A stretch of DNA of 64,000 bases from Selaginella moellendorffii (lineage: Eukaryota; Plantae; Lycopodiophyta), in the NCBI RefSeq assembly GCF_000143415.4, contig NW_003314287.1:1200203-1264202 (forward strand). Direction: 5' to 3'. The notes below the pieces were generated by a model. It did no database searches and had not been told where the DNA came from. It saw only the letters and a program-made list of their open reading frames with translations. This document shows, one piece after another, positions 51,867-63,066 of the stretch (the first letter of the stretch is position 1; each line of letters starts with the position of its first letter). The translations under genes and the position numbers were made by a program.

Positions 51867-53459
51867 CCTTCCTGTTTTACGTATATCACGTAGTTCCTTA
51901 CAGTTTATATAAGATGATGGAGACCCATTTTGGTCAGGTGCCCAATTAAGCTAGTCAATTGGCAAGGGATTAAAGGTTTAAATTACTCTTATCTAGTTTA
52001 ACCATGACATCATAAAAATACTCAAGTAATGATCTTGCATTGACCATGAACAATGCAATAGATGTATTTGTGGCCTAAAGGATACAATCTAGAAACTAGT
52101 TTGCATCATGAATTTATTTCTGAATTTAAGAATTTAGTTTTTAAAATATTAAATTAATAGTTTTTTTCTTTAATTTCTTATGAAAATCCTTAGCTATAGT
52201 ATATTTAAATTTTTGTAAATTTTAGTGTATACTCCTTTATAAAATATATGTATATTGATAGTTAGTTAGTTAATATTAAATTTAAAAACAATTGTTAAAA
52301 ATATAAATTTACACATTTTGCACATAAAAATAATGTATATATTATTCTTTATTTGTGATGTGCTTTTTTTCTGCCTTTATTAAATTTTTTAACACATTTT
52401 AAACTTTATGCCAGTTTATTAATTTTTTATTTGTTCGTCTGCAACCTACATTAGGATTTTAAAATTTTCAAAATTAGTAAATTATTTTACTTCAACTAGT
52501 TTAATAGAAGATTGTTGTCTTATTTTACTCCTGTATTTAGCTCCAAACTATAAATTTGCCAATGGATTTAATTTCAAACCATGTTTTATTTCAAAATAAC
52601 AGTAAAATTTCAATTAACATTGCAAATAAAATATAGTTTTTAGAAAAGTACTTTCTAACAAAAAAGTAAAATTTTCATATATACCTTTCATATGAAATAC
52701 AAAAGTAAAATCCATAATTTCGTATATAATTTTATATAATACATGAATATATCTTTTTATATATATAAAAGAATATTCCTAAATATTCTAAATGTTTAAG
52801 GCAAACCAAACCCATGCGTGATAATGATGGAAGGAGATGGGGAAGGGGAAGAAAGGTAAATTATTTTTATCTATTATATTATTAATAAAATAATATTTTA
52901 ATGAAAGGATTATTATTGTTGCTGCTAAAAGGAAAAGAGGAAAGTTTACAAATCATTAATTTCAAATATATTTTAGTGTTGTTTGGTCAATATAACCAAA
53001 ACCATTATTATCCCACTTGTACATAGCCCAGGTGTTCAACCTAGATATCTGAGTTGTCAATACCTCTTTCAAATCCATAAATGCCCGCTCAAAGTTCACA
53101 GACTACATGAAAGATGACATTGACGACTTCAACAATATTCACAATAGTTCAGTGTGATCAGAAAGATGATCAACAAAATGACTGAGATACTACACCTTGC
53201 CCAAAAGCACTATACACCATTCATACACATCGAAGTAGAAAGCCTTAAAAGAGCCATAAGTTTAATTTGTTAAGATCAATTTGTAAACCCTCATAAGAAA
53301 TATGGTACTCAAGATAAGTTATGTTCAATAGATATGTCGACTGTTTCAACTTTAAACAAACTTCTTGTAACTAATCAAAAACCTTATGAACATTACAAAT
53401 ATGTTCCTCCCATGTTTCCTCTAAATGAATCAAGACATCATTGATGAAATTAGTAGTCA

Positions 53460-55161
53460 CTTTTGGTATCTCATAAAGAACCTCCTTTACCATCCACTAG
53501 AAAGTTGTTGGAGTATTATTCAAACCAAACGGCATCACCAAAAACTTGTATAAAAAGCAGTCTTGAGAATATTTTTCTCGGCCATCAACACTTGCCAGTA
53601 CTCAGAAGCAAGATCTAACTTAGTGAACCAATGACTTCTCCCCAGAAAATCCAAGAGTTTAGTAGTATAAGGAAAAGGATACATATTAAAGATCATCAAT
53701 TTGTTTAATATATGATAGTTGATGCAAAAATAAATACTCCCATAAAGCTTTGTTACAAAATGATATTTACACGCTCAAGGACTCTATGACTTTCAAATAA
53801 CACCCTTTCTAACATCTCCTTAACGTTTGCACATAAACTCTTGAGCTCTTTTAGTGACCAAAACATAATAGGAACCTTGATTGGATGAGTATCCCCAATT
53901 GAAATAGGATGACGTATTGCAATCTTAGCCCAAAACGACAAGTCAAATTCAAAGAGATCAATATACTCCTTCATGAGCTAGTCAACTGCCATAATATAAA
54001 GACCATTAGAGGGATCTAAAGAGGGAATAGTGGAATAAGATAGAAACATAAGAGAAAGTAATGGAAACACAAAAGTGATAGAAGTAGAGGCACAAAGAGA
54101 AACAAAAATGAGATAGGAATGGAAGAAATATAAAAAAGTATAAAATAAAGAGAAAAAGCTTCATGGTCACACTTGGCATGATTGCATTACAACCAATTTA
54201 TACCAAGGATGAGGTTAAAAGTTTGACTCTTGACCAAAGATAAAGTCAAAATCTTGAGCTCTTTTAGTGACCAAAACCTAATAGAAACTTTGATTGGCCC
54301 AATTAGAATAAGATGATGTGTTGCAATCTTAGCCCTAAATGACAAGTCAAATTCAAATAGATTAATATACTCTTTCATGAGCCAGTCAACTGCTGCAACA
54401 CAAAGACCGTTAGAGAGATCTAAAGAAGGAATAGTGGAACAAAATAAAAATATAAGAGGAAGTAATAAAGAAACAAAAGTGATGAAAGCAAAAGTAAAAG
54501 TAGAAATATAAAGAGAAACAAAAATAAGAGAGAAATGGAAAAAATATAAAGAAGTATAAAATAAGGGGAAGAAGATTCATGGTCACACTTGGCATAATTG
54601 CACCGCAATCAATTTATATCAAGGATGAAGTCAAAAGCTTGACTTGGCATCACCTGTAATAACTGCAGTTTAAGCTCAAGATCACCCACATGCACAATTA
54701 GATCCACCTCATCCCTTGCACATGCATATACATAGCTGTTGCCATAAAGAATGAAAACTAGCTCTGCCATACGATACAAATGTAGACAAAAACATATGGC
54801 AATAAGTTGAACTGTATCAACCAATACGAAGAGAATAATAAGAAATCTCTTATTATAAAAATGAGATCCTACTCACATGATTCCTTGTTTCCCAGAAGCA
54901 TCTTAGTGTCTAGACCTTCTATTGCACCAGCACCAATCAGATGTTGTTGATGCCAATGTCTCCACCCAAGAAATGAAGCTCACTAATTTAGAAAATACTA
55001 ATAATGCCAATAAATGTGACTAACTTCATCATATGCCTAGCAACAAATATCACAACCATGTCCTTGCCCTTATCTTTGGACTTGGGCAGCAGCAACATTA
55101 ACCTTCATTGAAACATGACCATCTCCCACATAAAGTAGAGTTGAAAGATGTGTAACGAGAA
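53460..55161 (-). mobile_element. Old degenerate Ty3/gypsy pol remnant (protease to RT), host of the younger LTR insertion
   Basis: Minus-strand WFTKLDLASEYWQV (about 53590-53630) and VMPFGLNNTPTTF* (about 53500-53540) are RT motifs. Retropepsin-like FNLILGINW/FDFILDIN lies at about 54190-54225 and 54610-54640. Many stops. Confidence 0.7.
53838..54640. repeat. Diverged tandem duplication of about 413 bp
   Basis: TCTTGAGCTCTTTTAGTGACCAAAAC at 53839 and 54252. TTCATGGTCACACTTGGCAT at about 54160 and 54576. Confidence 0.8.
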
Positions 55162-58100
55162 TGTAAGGAACCAACTCCCCAAGGTGTCGTAGGCTAAAGG
55201 ATCCCCGAAAGTATGACCGAAATGACAAAGAGTTCATCGGATGGGACTGAGTCGGAGATCGAGTCCAAGACCGACTCTGAGACCGAGTTCGAGATAGAGT
55301 CTAGGATAGAGTTTGAGGCTGAATCGGAGACCGAGTTCAAGACCGAGTTTGAGACTGAGTTTGAGACTGAGTCTGAGATCCGAATCAGGTCTAAGACCGA
55401 GTCCGAGGTCGAGTCCAAGATCGGGTCCGAGATCCAGTCCAAGACCGAGTCCAAGTACTAATACAGGTCAAGGGGTGAAAGCCCAAAGCGTGCATCTCCC
55501 GGGGGTGGGGGGGGGGGGGGGGCGGGGGGCTGCAGGGGGTTCCAAAAGTATAGTAGGGATAGTGAGGTCCAGGAACCAGTCTTAAAAGAACTTTCCAGTG
55601 GTGCTTCCAAACTGATTTGAGGTTGAGGCTGGGGTCGAGGGGCCTTGGGTGGGAGTGAGCATGGACTCGAGTGGGGCTGGAGGGGCCACCCAAGGAAGTG
55701 CTCAAGAGCAACTCCCACTCCCGAAAGTGAAACTGCCTGTGGTGCTCCCGGCTCATGTGGAGTGGTGCCCCACTTGAGTATCTTGTGGCTCATTGGTCCT
55801 CGCCCTTCCTAGGGGCTTGGGCCTTCCCCTTGGGATAAAAGTGGGGGGGTAGAGGTACCCATACTGGGCCGTTACGCCACGGTGTTTCGCCCTAATGTCC
55901 CGAAGCAAGTGTTGCACCCAAGGCTTAGGATTTAGAGGGTCCCATGATCAAGTCTTGTTATACTAAGGGATGTTAGGAACTTGGAGGCTTGGTGTGCTTG
56001 GCTGCTTGTGCCTGCGGGGAGTGTAGCTAAACCTTAAGTCTAGTCTAACCCGGGGAGGGGGATTAGGAGAGATTTGGGAATCCGTGGATGGATGGATAAC
56101 GCTCCATTGCTCGTGTAGTGAATAGCTAAAACCAAGTAGGACCAAGTAGGAGCTGGTACAATAAGCGGGAACTTTGGCAAGGGATTTTAGCAAAAGCCAA
56201 GGCAGTGTTGGTCAGATAGACAAGGTAAGCTGGCAAATTGGAAAGGAAAAATTTTTGACTTACAATTTGGTATCGGAGCATTTTCCTCAATTCTAGAGAA
56301 GAATAGAGGCGGATTGCTGGGAGATGGCAAAGGCATGGCAGAAACAAACCAAGACAGAGATAGAACCTCCGCCAGAGCTAGAGCCTCCAATCGAACAAAA
56401 GGCTATGGATGAGGAATCCTTGCATGAGGAGGACTCCAGTGAGGAAACTTCCAAACAGGAGTCCGGTGGCGAGGTTTGGTCATCCAAGGCTCGATTGGAC
56501 ATTCTAGAAGGACAATTGGCACAGACCAATGCCCTGCTGGAGACTCTCGTACGCAAGCTGAAGCGTGACGAGAAGTGGAAGAAAAAGCGTAAGACTGCAG
56601 ATGCTAGTAGTGCAGAAGGTGTGGACCCTTCGATAAGGACTGAGGCTGAACTAAACAAGGTCGAACAGACCAAAGTGGAATCATATATTATAAGCAAACG
56701 AGGGTGTATGTTCCAGAAGGGGAATTAAGGAAGGTAGCCTTAGAAGAGTGTCATGACGGACCTTTTGTGGGACATGGCGGAATGCCTAAGACAATGGGCT
56801 TACTCAAGAGAAAGTATCACTGGCCAAATATGACTAAGGACGTCCAAGACTATGTAAAGACATGTCCAACATGTCAGCAGGTCAAAGCCGTGACTAAGGT
56901 GAGTGGGGGCTTGTTACAAAGCATCCCAATTCCAGATCGTCCGTGGAAATGTCTTACGATGGACTTCATCACGGGACTCCCCCCAAGTGAGGGGTTCGAT
57001 GTGATATTTGTGGTGGTGGACCAGTTTTTGAAGATGGCACATTTCATACCCACCACAACGGAAGTGGATGCGGAAGGTGTGGCGAAGTTGTTCTTCGAAC
57101 AAGTGGCTCGAGTGTGGGGAAAGCCAGAAGAGATTATCTCAGATCGAGATAAGATCTTCACCAGTAGGTTCTGGAGAACTCTCCTGGAACAGTATCACAC
57201 CAAGTTGAAATTCAGCACAACCTATCACCCACAGACAGGTATTGGGTATTAAATCAAGTTTGATGGCACTAACACTTCTTGACAAACAGACAAACGAAAA
57301 GGATGAATAGGCAGTTGGAGGATTATTTGTGATGCTATGTCTCGGGAGACCAAACCGATTGGGTAAGTCATTTGGGACTTGCGGAAATGTGTTATAATAA
57401 CTCACCACATTCGAGTATCGGGGTGAGTCCATGGGAAGTCATCAATGGGCGAGCTATTGAAGGTCCTATGGAACTCGGTGTGGCCGAGTATCATGGAGAG
57501 TTACCCACAGTGGAGGTATTCACGGTGGAAAGATTCAACATTTGGAATCTAGTGAGGGATTCCTTGGAACAGGCTCAACAAAGGCAAACCAAGTATGCGA
57601 ACCAGAAGCGCCGGGATGTAGAGTTCCAAGCTGGGGAGAAGGTGTGGCTGAACACCAAGAACCTCAGGCTACCAAGTGGGATCAGCCAAAAGTTGACCCA
57701 AAGGTAAAAATGCATATATTCCTGTAAATGAATTGATTTTGAGTTCCTTAAGCAGGTTTGCGGGGCTTTACAAGATTGAGGCACGAATTGGTAAAGTGGA
57801 TTACTGTCTCCGACTTCCTCGAGAGATGGGGAAAATGCACCAAGTGTTCCACGTGAACTTACTCAAGCCGTACTTTGAGGATCCGCTTCGCAAAGGACCA
57901 AGTAAGACCTTTACCTAAGGTTATCCAAGGGGAAGAGGAATACGAAGTCGAGGCTATCCTCAATACGCACAAGAGCAAGCGACAAGGACGCGCGGTGAGA
58001 GAGTTCCATGTGAAGTGGAAAGGATTTCCACACTGCAAAGCAATATGGGAACCGGAGGAGAACTTAATGAACGCGCGAGATGTAGTGGAGGAATTTCTAC

Positions 58101-60119
58101 AAGGCAGAACTCTATGTACTTATGCAAAGTTCAATTAAAGTATCAATTTGTGAAGTTGAGCAATGGCATATGTTGGGAGCCAAAGGCGCGCCAAAGGTAA
58201 GCTAAGCTAATTAGCATGGGTTAGCTAGGTTGACCAAGCGTAAAGAATTACGCCCAACTCCCCATGGGGATGTTAAATCCGTAAACGTATTCTACGGAGG
58301 TTGGGTTTGAGTCCCAACCCCCTAGTAAAGCAAGGTTGGGTTCAATTCCCAACCCCATACTAGGGCGTGGTGGGGTGAGGGGTATAGGGACACTTATATT
58401 CCGTTGTCATGGGCTCTTGGCTAGGGAGGCTAACTTAGGCACACTGCTAAGTGGGGGGGATACCCCCAGAAACATGGTCAACAAGTCATAGGATAAAAAG
58501 AGACTTTCGATGTGGGCATCAAACTTCTTCTATGGGTGGTGGAGTTGTAAGGAACCAACTCCCCGAGGTGTCGTAGGCTAAAGGATCCCCGAAAGTATGA
58601 CCAAAATGACAAAGAGTTCATCGGATGGGACCGAGTTGGAGATTGAGTCCAAGACCGACTCTGAGACCGAGTTCGAGATAGAGTCCGGGATCGAGTCCCA
58701 GGCCGAATTGGAGACCGAATTCGAGACCGAGTTCAAGAAAGAGTCCGAGATCCGAATCGGGTCCGAGACTGAGTCCGAGGTCGAGTCCGAAGTCAAGTCG
58801 AAGATCGGGTCCAAGATCGGGTCCGAGATCGAGTCCGAGATCGAGTCTGGGACCGGGTCCGAAGTCGGGTCCGAGATCGAGTTCGAGACCAACTTCGAGT
58901 ATTAATACGGGTCAAGGGGTGAAAGCCCAAAGCGTCTCCCATGGGGGGGGGGGGGGGGGGGCTGCAGGGGTTCCAAAAGTATAGTAGGGATAGTGAGGTC
59001 CAGAAACTAGTCTTGAAGGAACTCTCCAGTGGTGCTTCCAAACTGACTTGAGGTTAAGGCTGGGGTCGAGGGGCCTTGGGTGGGAGTGAGCATGGACTCG
59101 GGTGGGGCTAGAGGGGCCACCCAAGGAAGTGCTCAAGAGCAACTCCCACTCCTGAAAGGGAAACTAACTGTGGTGCTCCCGGCTCATGTGGAGTGGTGCC
59201 CCACTTGAGTATCTTGTGGCTCATTGGTCCTCGCCCTTCCTAGGGGCTTGGGCCTTCCCTTTGGGATAGAAGTGGGAGGTACCCATACTGGGCCGTTAGG
59301 CTACAGTGTTTCGCCCCGATGTCTCGAAGTAAGTGTTGCACCCAAGGCTTAGAATTTAGAGGGTCCCATGATCAAGTCTTGTTGTACCAAGGGATGTTAG
59401 AAACTTGGAGGCTTGGTGTGCTTGGCTGCTTGTGCCTATGGGGAGTGTAGCCAAACCTTAAGTCTAGTCTAACCCGGGGAGGGGGATTGGGAGAGATTTG
59501 GGAATCCGTGGATGGATGGATAACACTCCGTTGCTTGTGTAGTGAGTAGCTGAAATCAAGTAGGACCAAGTAGGAGCTGATACAATAGGCGGGAACCTTG
59601 GCGAGGGAATTTAGCAAAAGCCAAGGCAGTGTTGGTCAGATAGACAAGGTAAGCTGGCAAATTGGAAAGGAAAAATTTTTGGCTTACAATTTGGTATCAG
59701 AGCCTTTTCCTCAATTCTAGCGAAGGATAGAGGTGGATTGCTGGGAGATGGCAAAGGCAGGGCGGAAACGAACCAAGGCAGAGATAGAACCTTCGCCAGA
59801 GTTGGAGCCTCCAGTCGAACAAAAGGCTATGAATGAGGAATCTTTGCATGAGGAGGACTCTAGTGAGGAAACTTCCAAATAGGAGTCTGGTGGCGAGATT
59901 TGATCGTCCAAGGCTTGATTGGACGTTCTAGAAGGACAATTGGCACAGACCAATGCTCTGCTGGAGACTCTCGTACGCAAGCTGAAGCGTGACAAAAAGC
60001 GAAAGAAAAAGCGAAAGACTGCAGATGCTAGTAGCGCAAAAGGTGCGGACCCTTTGATAGGGATTGAGGCTGAACCAAAGTAAGTTGGCAAATTGGAAAG
60101 GAAAAATTTATGGCTTACA
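55162..60119 (+). mobile_element. Ty3/gypsy chromovirus, same family as copy 1; tandem LTR-int-LTR-int(deleted)-LTR-remnant structure (copy 2)
   Basis: LTRs at 55162-56264 and 58546-59688, each followed by a PBS TGGTATC(G/A)GAGC. A 40-bp LTR end lies at 60080-60119. Flanks are GAGAA/AAGAA (TSD with one mismatch). Integrase zinc finger H..GH..C..C, MDFI and ISDRD core, GPY/F-type region and chromodomain are at 56704-58138. Confidence 0.92.
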
Positions 60120-60838
60120 AAGAAGTGGAAAAGGCAATGTCTTATAATGTTGTGCTAAGTGAAGAGTATTGTCAAGAGTGGCATACACAAATATTACAAA
60201 ATCTTGACGAAGTGCTAATTACAACATTCCCAATTTAGTCCGCTCTAACATGTTTTACTCTACACAAAGTAATAAACTTCAAAAATGAAGCCAAATTGCA
60301 TCATGGACTCAAATGGCATTTGATGAAAATGATATAATTGTTAGAAGGCATCATCACAATCGTTAACATGGCTAAATGCATATTTGAAGATGCTTCAATC
60401 CCCACGAGTGTTTGTACTCAAACCATTGTACCATTGCAATGCTGTCTTTTGAAGACACATGGGAAATTTACACAAACGCTAAACATCATCTTAAGAATGA
60501 TATATAACAATCATTATAAAGTGATCAAACCAAAGGTATATATTATCCTTAGGACTCTGTAGCACATGTGATCATGGGATGAGATTTGGATATACTGTCA
60601 CTATGGATCCTTGGAACCTTGAGGGATAAATGGGGATAAAATAGCCACTAAGGGCTCTCTCATCAAACAATTGCCCCTTTTCCAATTGGCTTAATGGGAG
60701 AGAGATAAGGTGCGCTAGAGTTGGTATCGGAGCAAATGGCACGGGTTTGATTCCCATTGATTAATGGCTACTTAAAATATAATATACCCTTGAGCAAGGT
60801 ATATTCTTACCCCTAAATTTGAAATTGTATGTATTGGG

Positions 60839-61005
60839 CATCCATGCGTACGTCCTTCCTTTTATGTGGAGTATCCACAGACGAAGGTATCCGACATCCA
60901 TGTGTACGTCCTTCCTCTTGTGTGGAGTATCCACAGACGAAGGTATCCGACATCCATGCGTACGTCCTTCCTTTTGTGTAGAGTATCCACAGACGAAAGT
61001 ATCCA
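60839..61005. repeat. 56-bp minisatellite, three copies
   Basis: CATCCATGCGTACGTCCTTCC....GTGGAGTATCCACAGACGAAGGTATCCGA units start at 60839, 60895 and 60951. Confidence 0.9.
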
Positions 61006-61949
61006 CTGTGGGATTGCAATATAGGTGAATGACTAATTGCCTCACATGGAATAATTAATCTACACAATGGAAAGATTGGTAGATTCAGTACGGAAATGGA
61101 GGTGAGATTTGGATATACTATCACTGTGAATCTTTGAAACCTTGGGGGATAAATGGGGATAAAATAGCCATTAAGGGCTCTCTCATCAAGCAATTGCCCT
61201 TTTTCCAGTTGGCTACAGAATCCCACGGAAAAATTATGAGGATTGGCAACAAAATCAAAAAGAGTTGTATTAGAAAAAAGAAAAAAAAATGGAAAGAGAT
61301 ATAAGGAAAGGGAGATTTAAATGATGCAAAAACTAAATCTAAACCAAAACCCCAAATCCAAACACTCCTCAAAGACAATCAAAACTACCTTTCTCCTCCA
61401 CCAATGTGAATGTATGAAATATAGAAATGAAATATAGAAATGTGTATATTAATTAGCCCAGAAAACTTTAGTTTATATACAGGAGCAAGTGGTCCAAATT
61501 TAAACCAATTTAATATCTATTAAAATCCCATTATGATAATATTCATTATAGCCATACACTTAGACCTCACATTGTTATTTTTTATTAATGACCAGTCTTT
61601 TTATATTATTTTGATTTACTATTATATTTTCTTTAGCTCTTATTTTTACAAATTTTGAAATTCTAACTATATTATTTGTTCTGGATTACATCTTTTAATA
61701 CTCTATCCGCTCCATTTACTACTCCATCTTCTATTGTTATATTTTGGATTATTTCAATTATTATTTTCTTTAAATGTAATTTTTATGTAATCCTTGTGTT
61801 TTTCTTGTGTCAGTCTGACATGTATAGGACAAATGCTTCAAATGTAGGGTTTAAGATAAAAATCACTTATACAATCCATCCCACCAAAGTCTATTTCATA
61901 TGTTGTTTTGAAGCTTTTACATCTTTTATGTATATTCTGTACTACTGAA

Positions 61950-63066
61950 ATGGCGTGTGATCACACGCCATCGGAACCACCCCATGCCACTGTTGAGCCA
62001 GTTGTACCAGAGTCTACAGCTGAAATGGCATGTGCCCACACGCCATCGGATGCGATTGACCCCACATTGCAGAGGAGAGTATTTCCGCCCTTCACGTTTC
62101 CTTGACCAAAACCCTTTCAACGACCATCGGGAGCACCATTCGCTAATATTGTAGATGGTAAAATTGACTTGTACCATTTTTTATGCTGACGCATTTCATT
62201 TCAGAGTCACGGCGAAGGTACTGTATCGTTTTTAATCTGAATGGTGTCCTTTTCTCCCATGAGCGTGGCTCGTCCTCGAATGTCACTGCACCCTCCAAAG
62301 CCTACGGTCGCAAGTTGGTCAAAAGAAACAGATTCACATTAATCACACGAGAGAAACTGCAGGATCTAATAATGACCATGCGATACTTAAAACAGAGGGC
62401 CAGGTTCAATTTGCAATTGGGAGTTTGGACATCCATGATGCGCCACAATGCATTAACGTTGCTACAGATGATGCACGATCAGACGCGAGTAATATTACCA
62501 TTTGACTTTCTCCTAACGCAGGAGGATTGCTTGACTATGGTCCATGTGAGGGGTAGCAAGCCCATCTTCGTCAAGCCAGAGGCTGTAGTGATGAATCGGA
62601 CTGCTAGGTCAAGTGAAATTCTCATCATCGATAACTCGCCAATTAAAATGCAGTGAACACGCACACATATGCAATGCACCCCATCTCTTGCAGTATGGAA
62701 ACTAGGGAGAAGAAACTATATGTTCTGGGGGACCTTGCAAAACGGCTTGGAGCGATGGTGATAGAGAACCGGCCAGTGCAAGAGGTGGCTGCAAAAATCA
62801 ACCAAATGGCAGATGGAACAGTATATCAGAAGCCATTTGATCAGACAGACACCAGTCATCATTTATGGCATGTATATTGTCTAGCCAAGCACTATCCACA
62901 TCTCCATAATCTGCTCAACCGGATGGGTTCTTCGACCACTAAACATGAGCGTGGACGTATTAGAGAAAAGATGGCATTACTATTGGGTTTAAATCCTGAT
63001 AGTGTGGAGAGTGATGAAATTCCAAGATTATTGTATAGGCGTTGGAGGCAAAAAATAACAGTCTGA
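61950..63066 (+). pseudogene. FCP1/NIF-type HAD phosphatase-like gene, degenerate and frameshifted
   Basis: IVFNLNGVL (DLNG-type motif I with Asp to Asn), LGVWTSMMRHN, FLLTQEDC, KPIFVK and LIIDNSPIK. The frame changes at about 62653 and continues NTHTYAMHP. Confidence 0.6.

Noticed and set aside
58197-58240. Additional strong donor AG|GTAAGC after the chromodomain (also 21517), a possible further intron
   Set aside because: No conserved protein motif is restored and the acceptor is ambiguous, so it cannot be supported without transcripts.
60839-61005. CRISPR-like appearance of regularly spaced repeats
   Set aside because: Head-to-tail 56-bp units have no unique spacers, and the context is eukaryotic with no cas genes.
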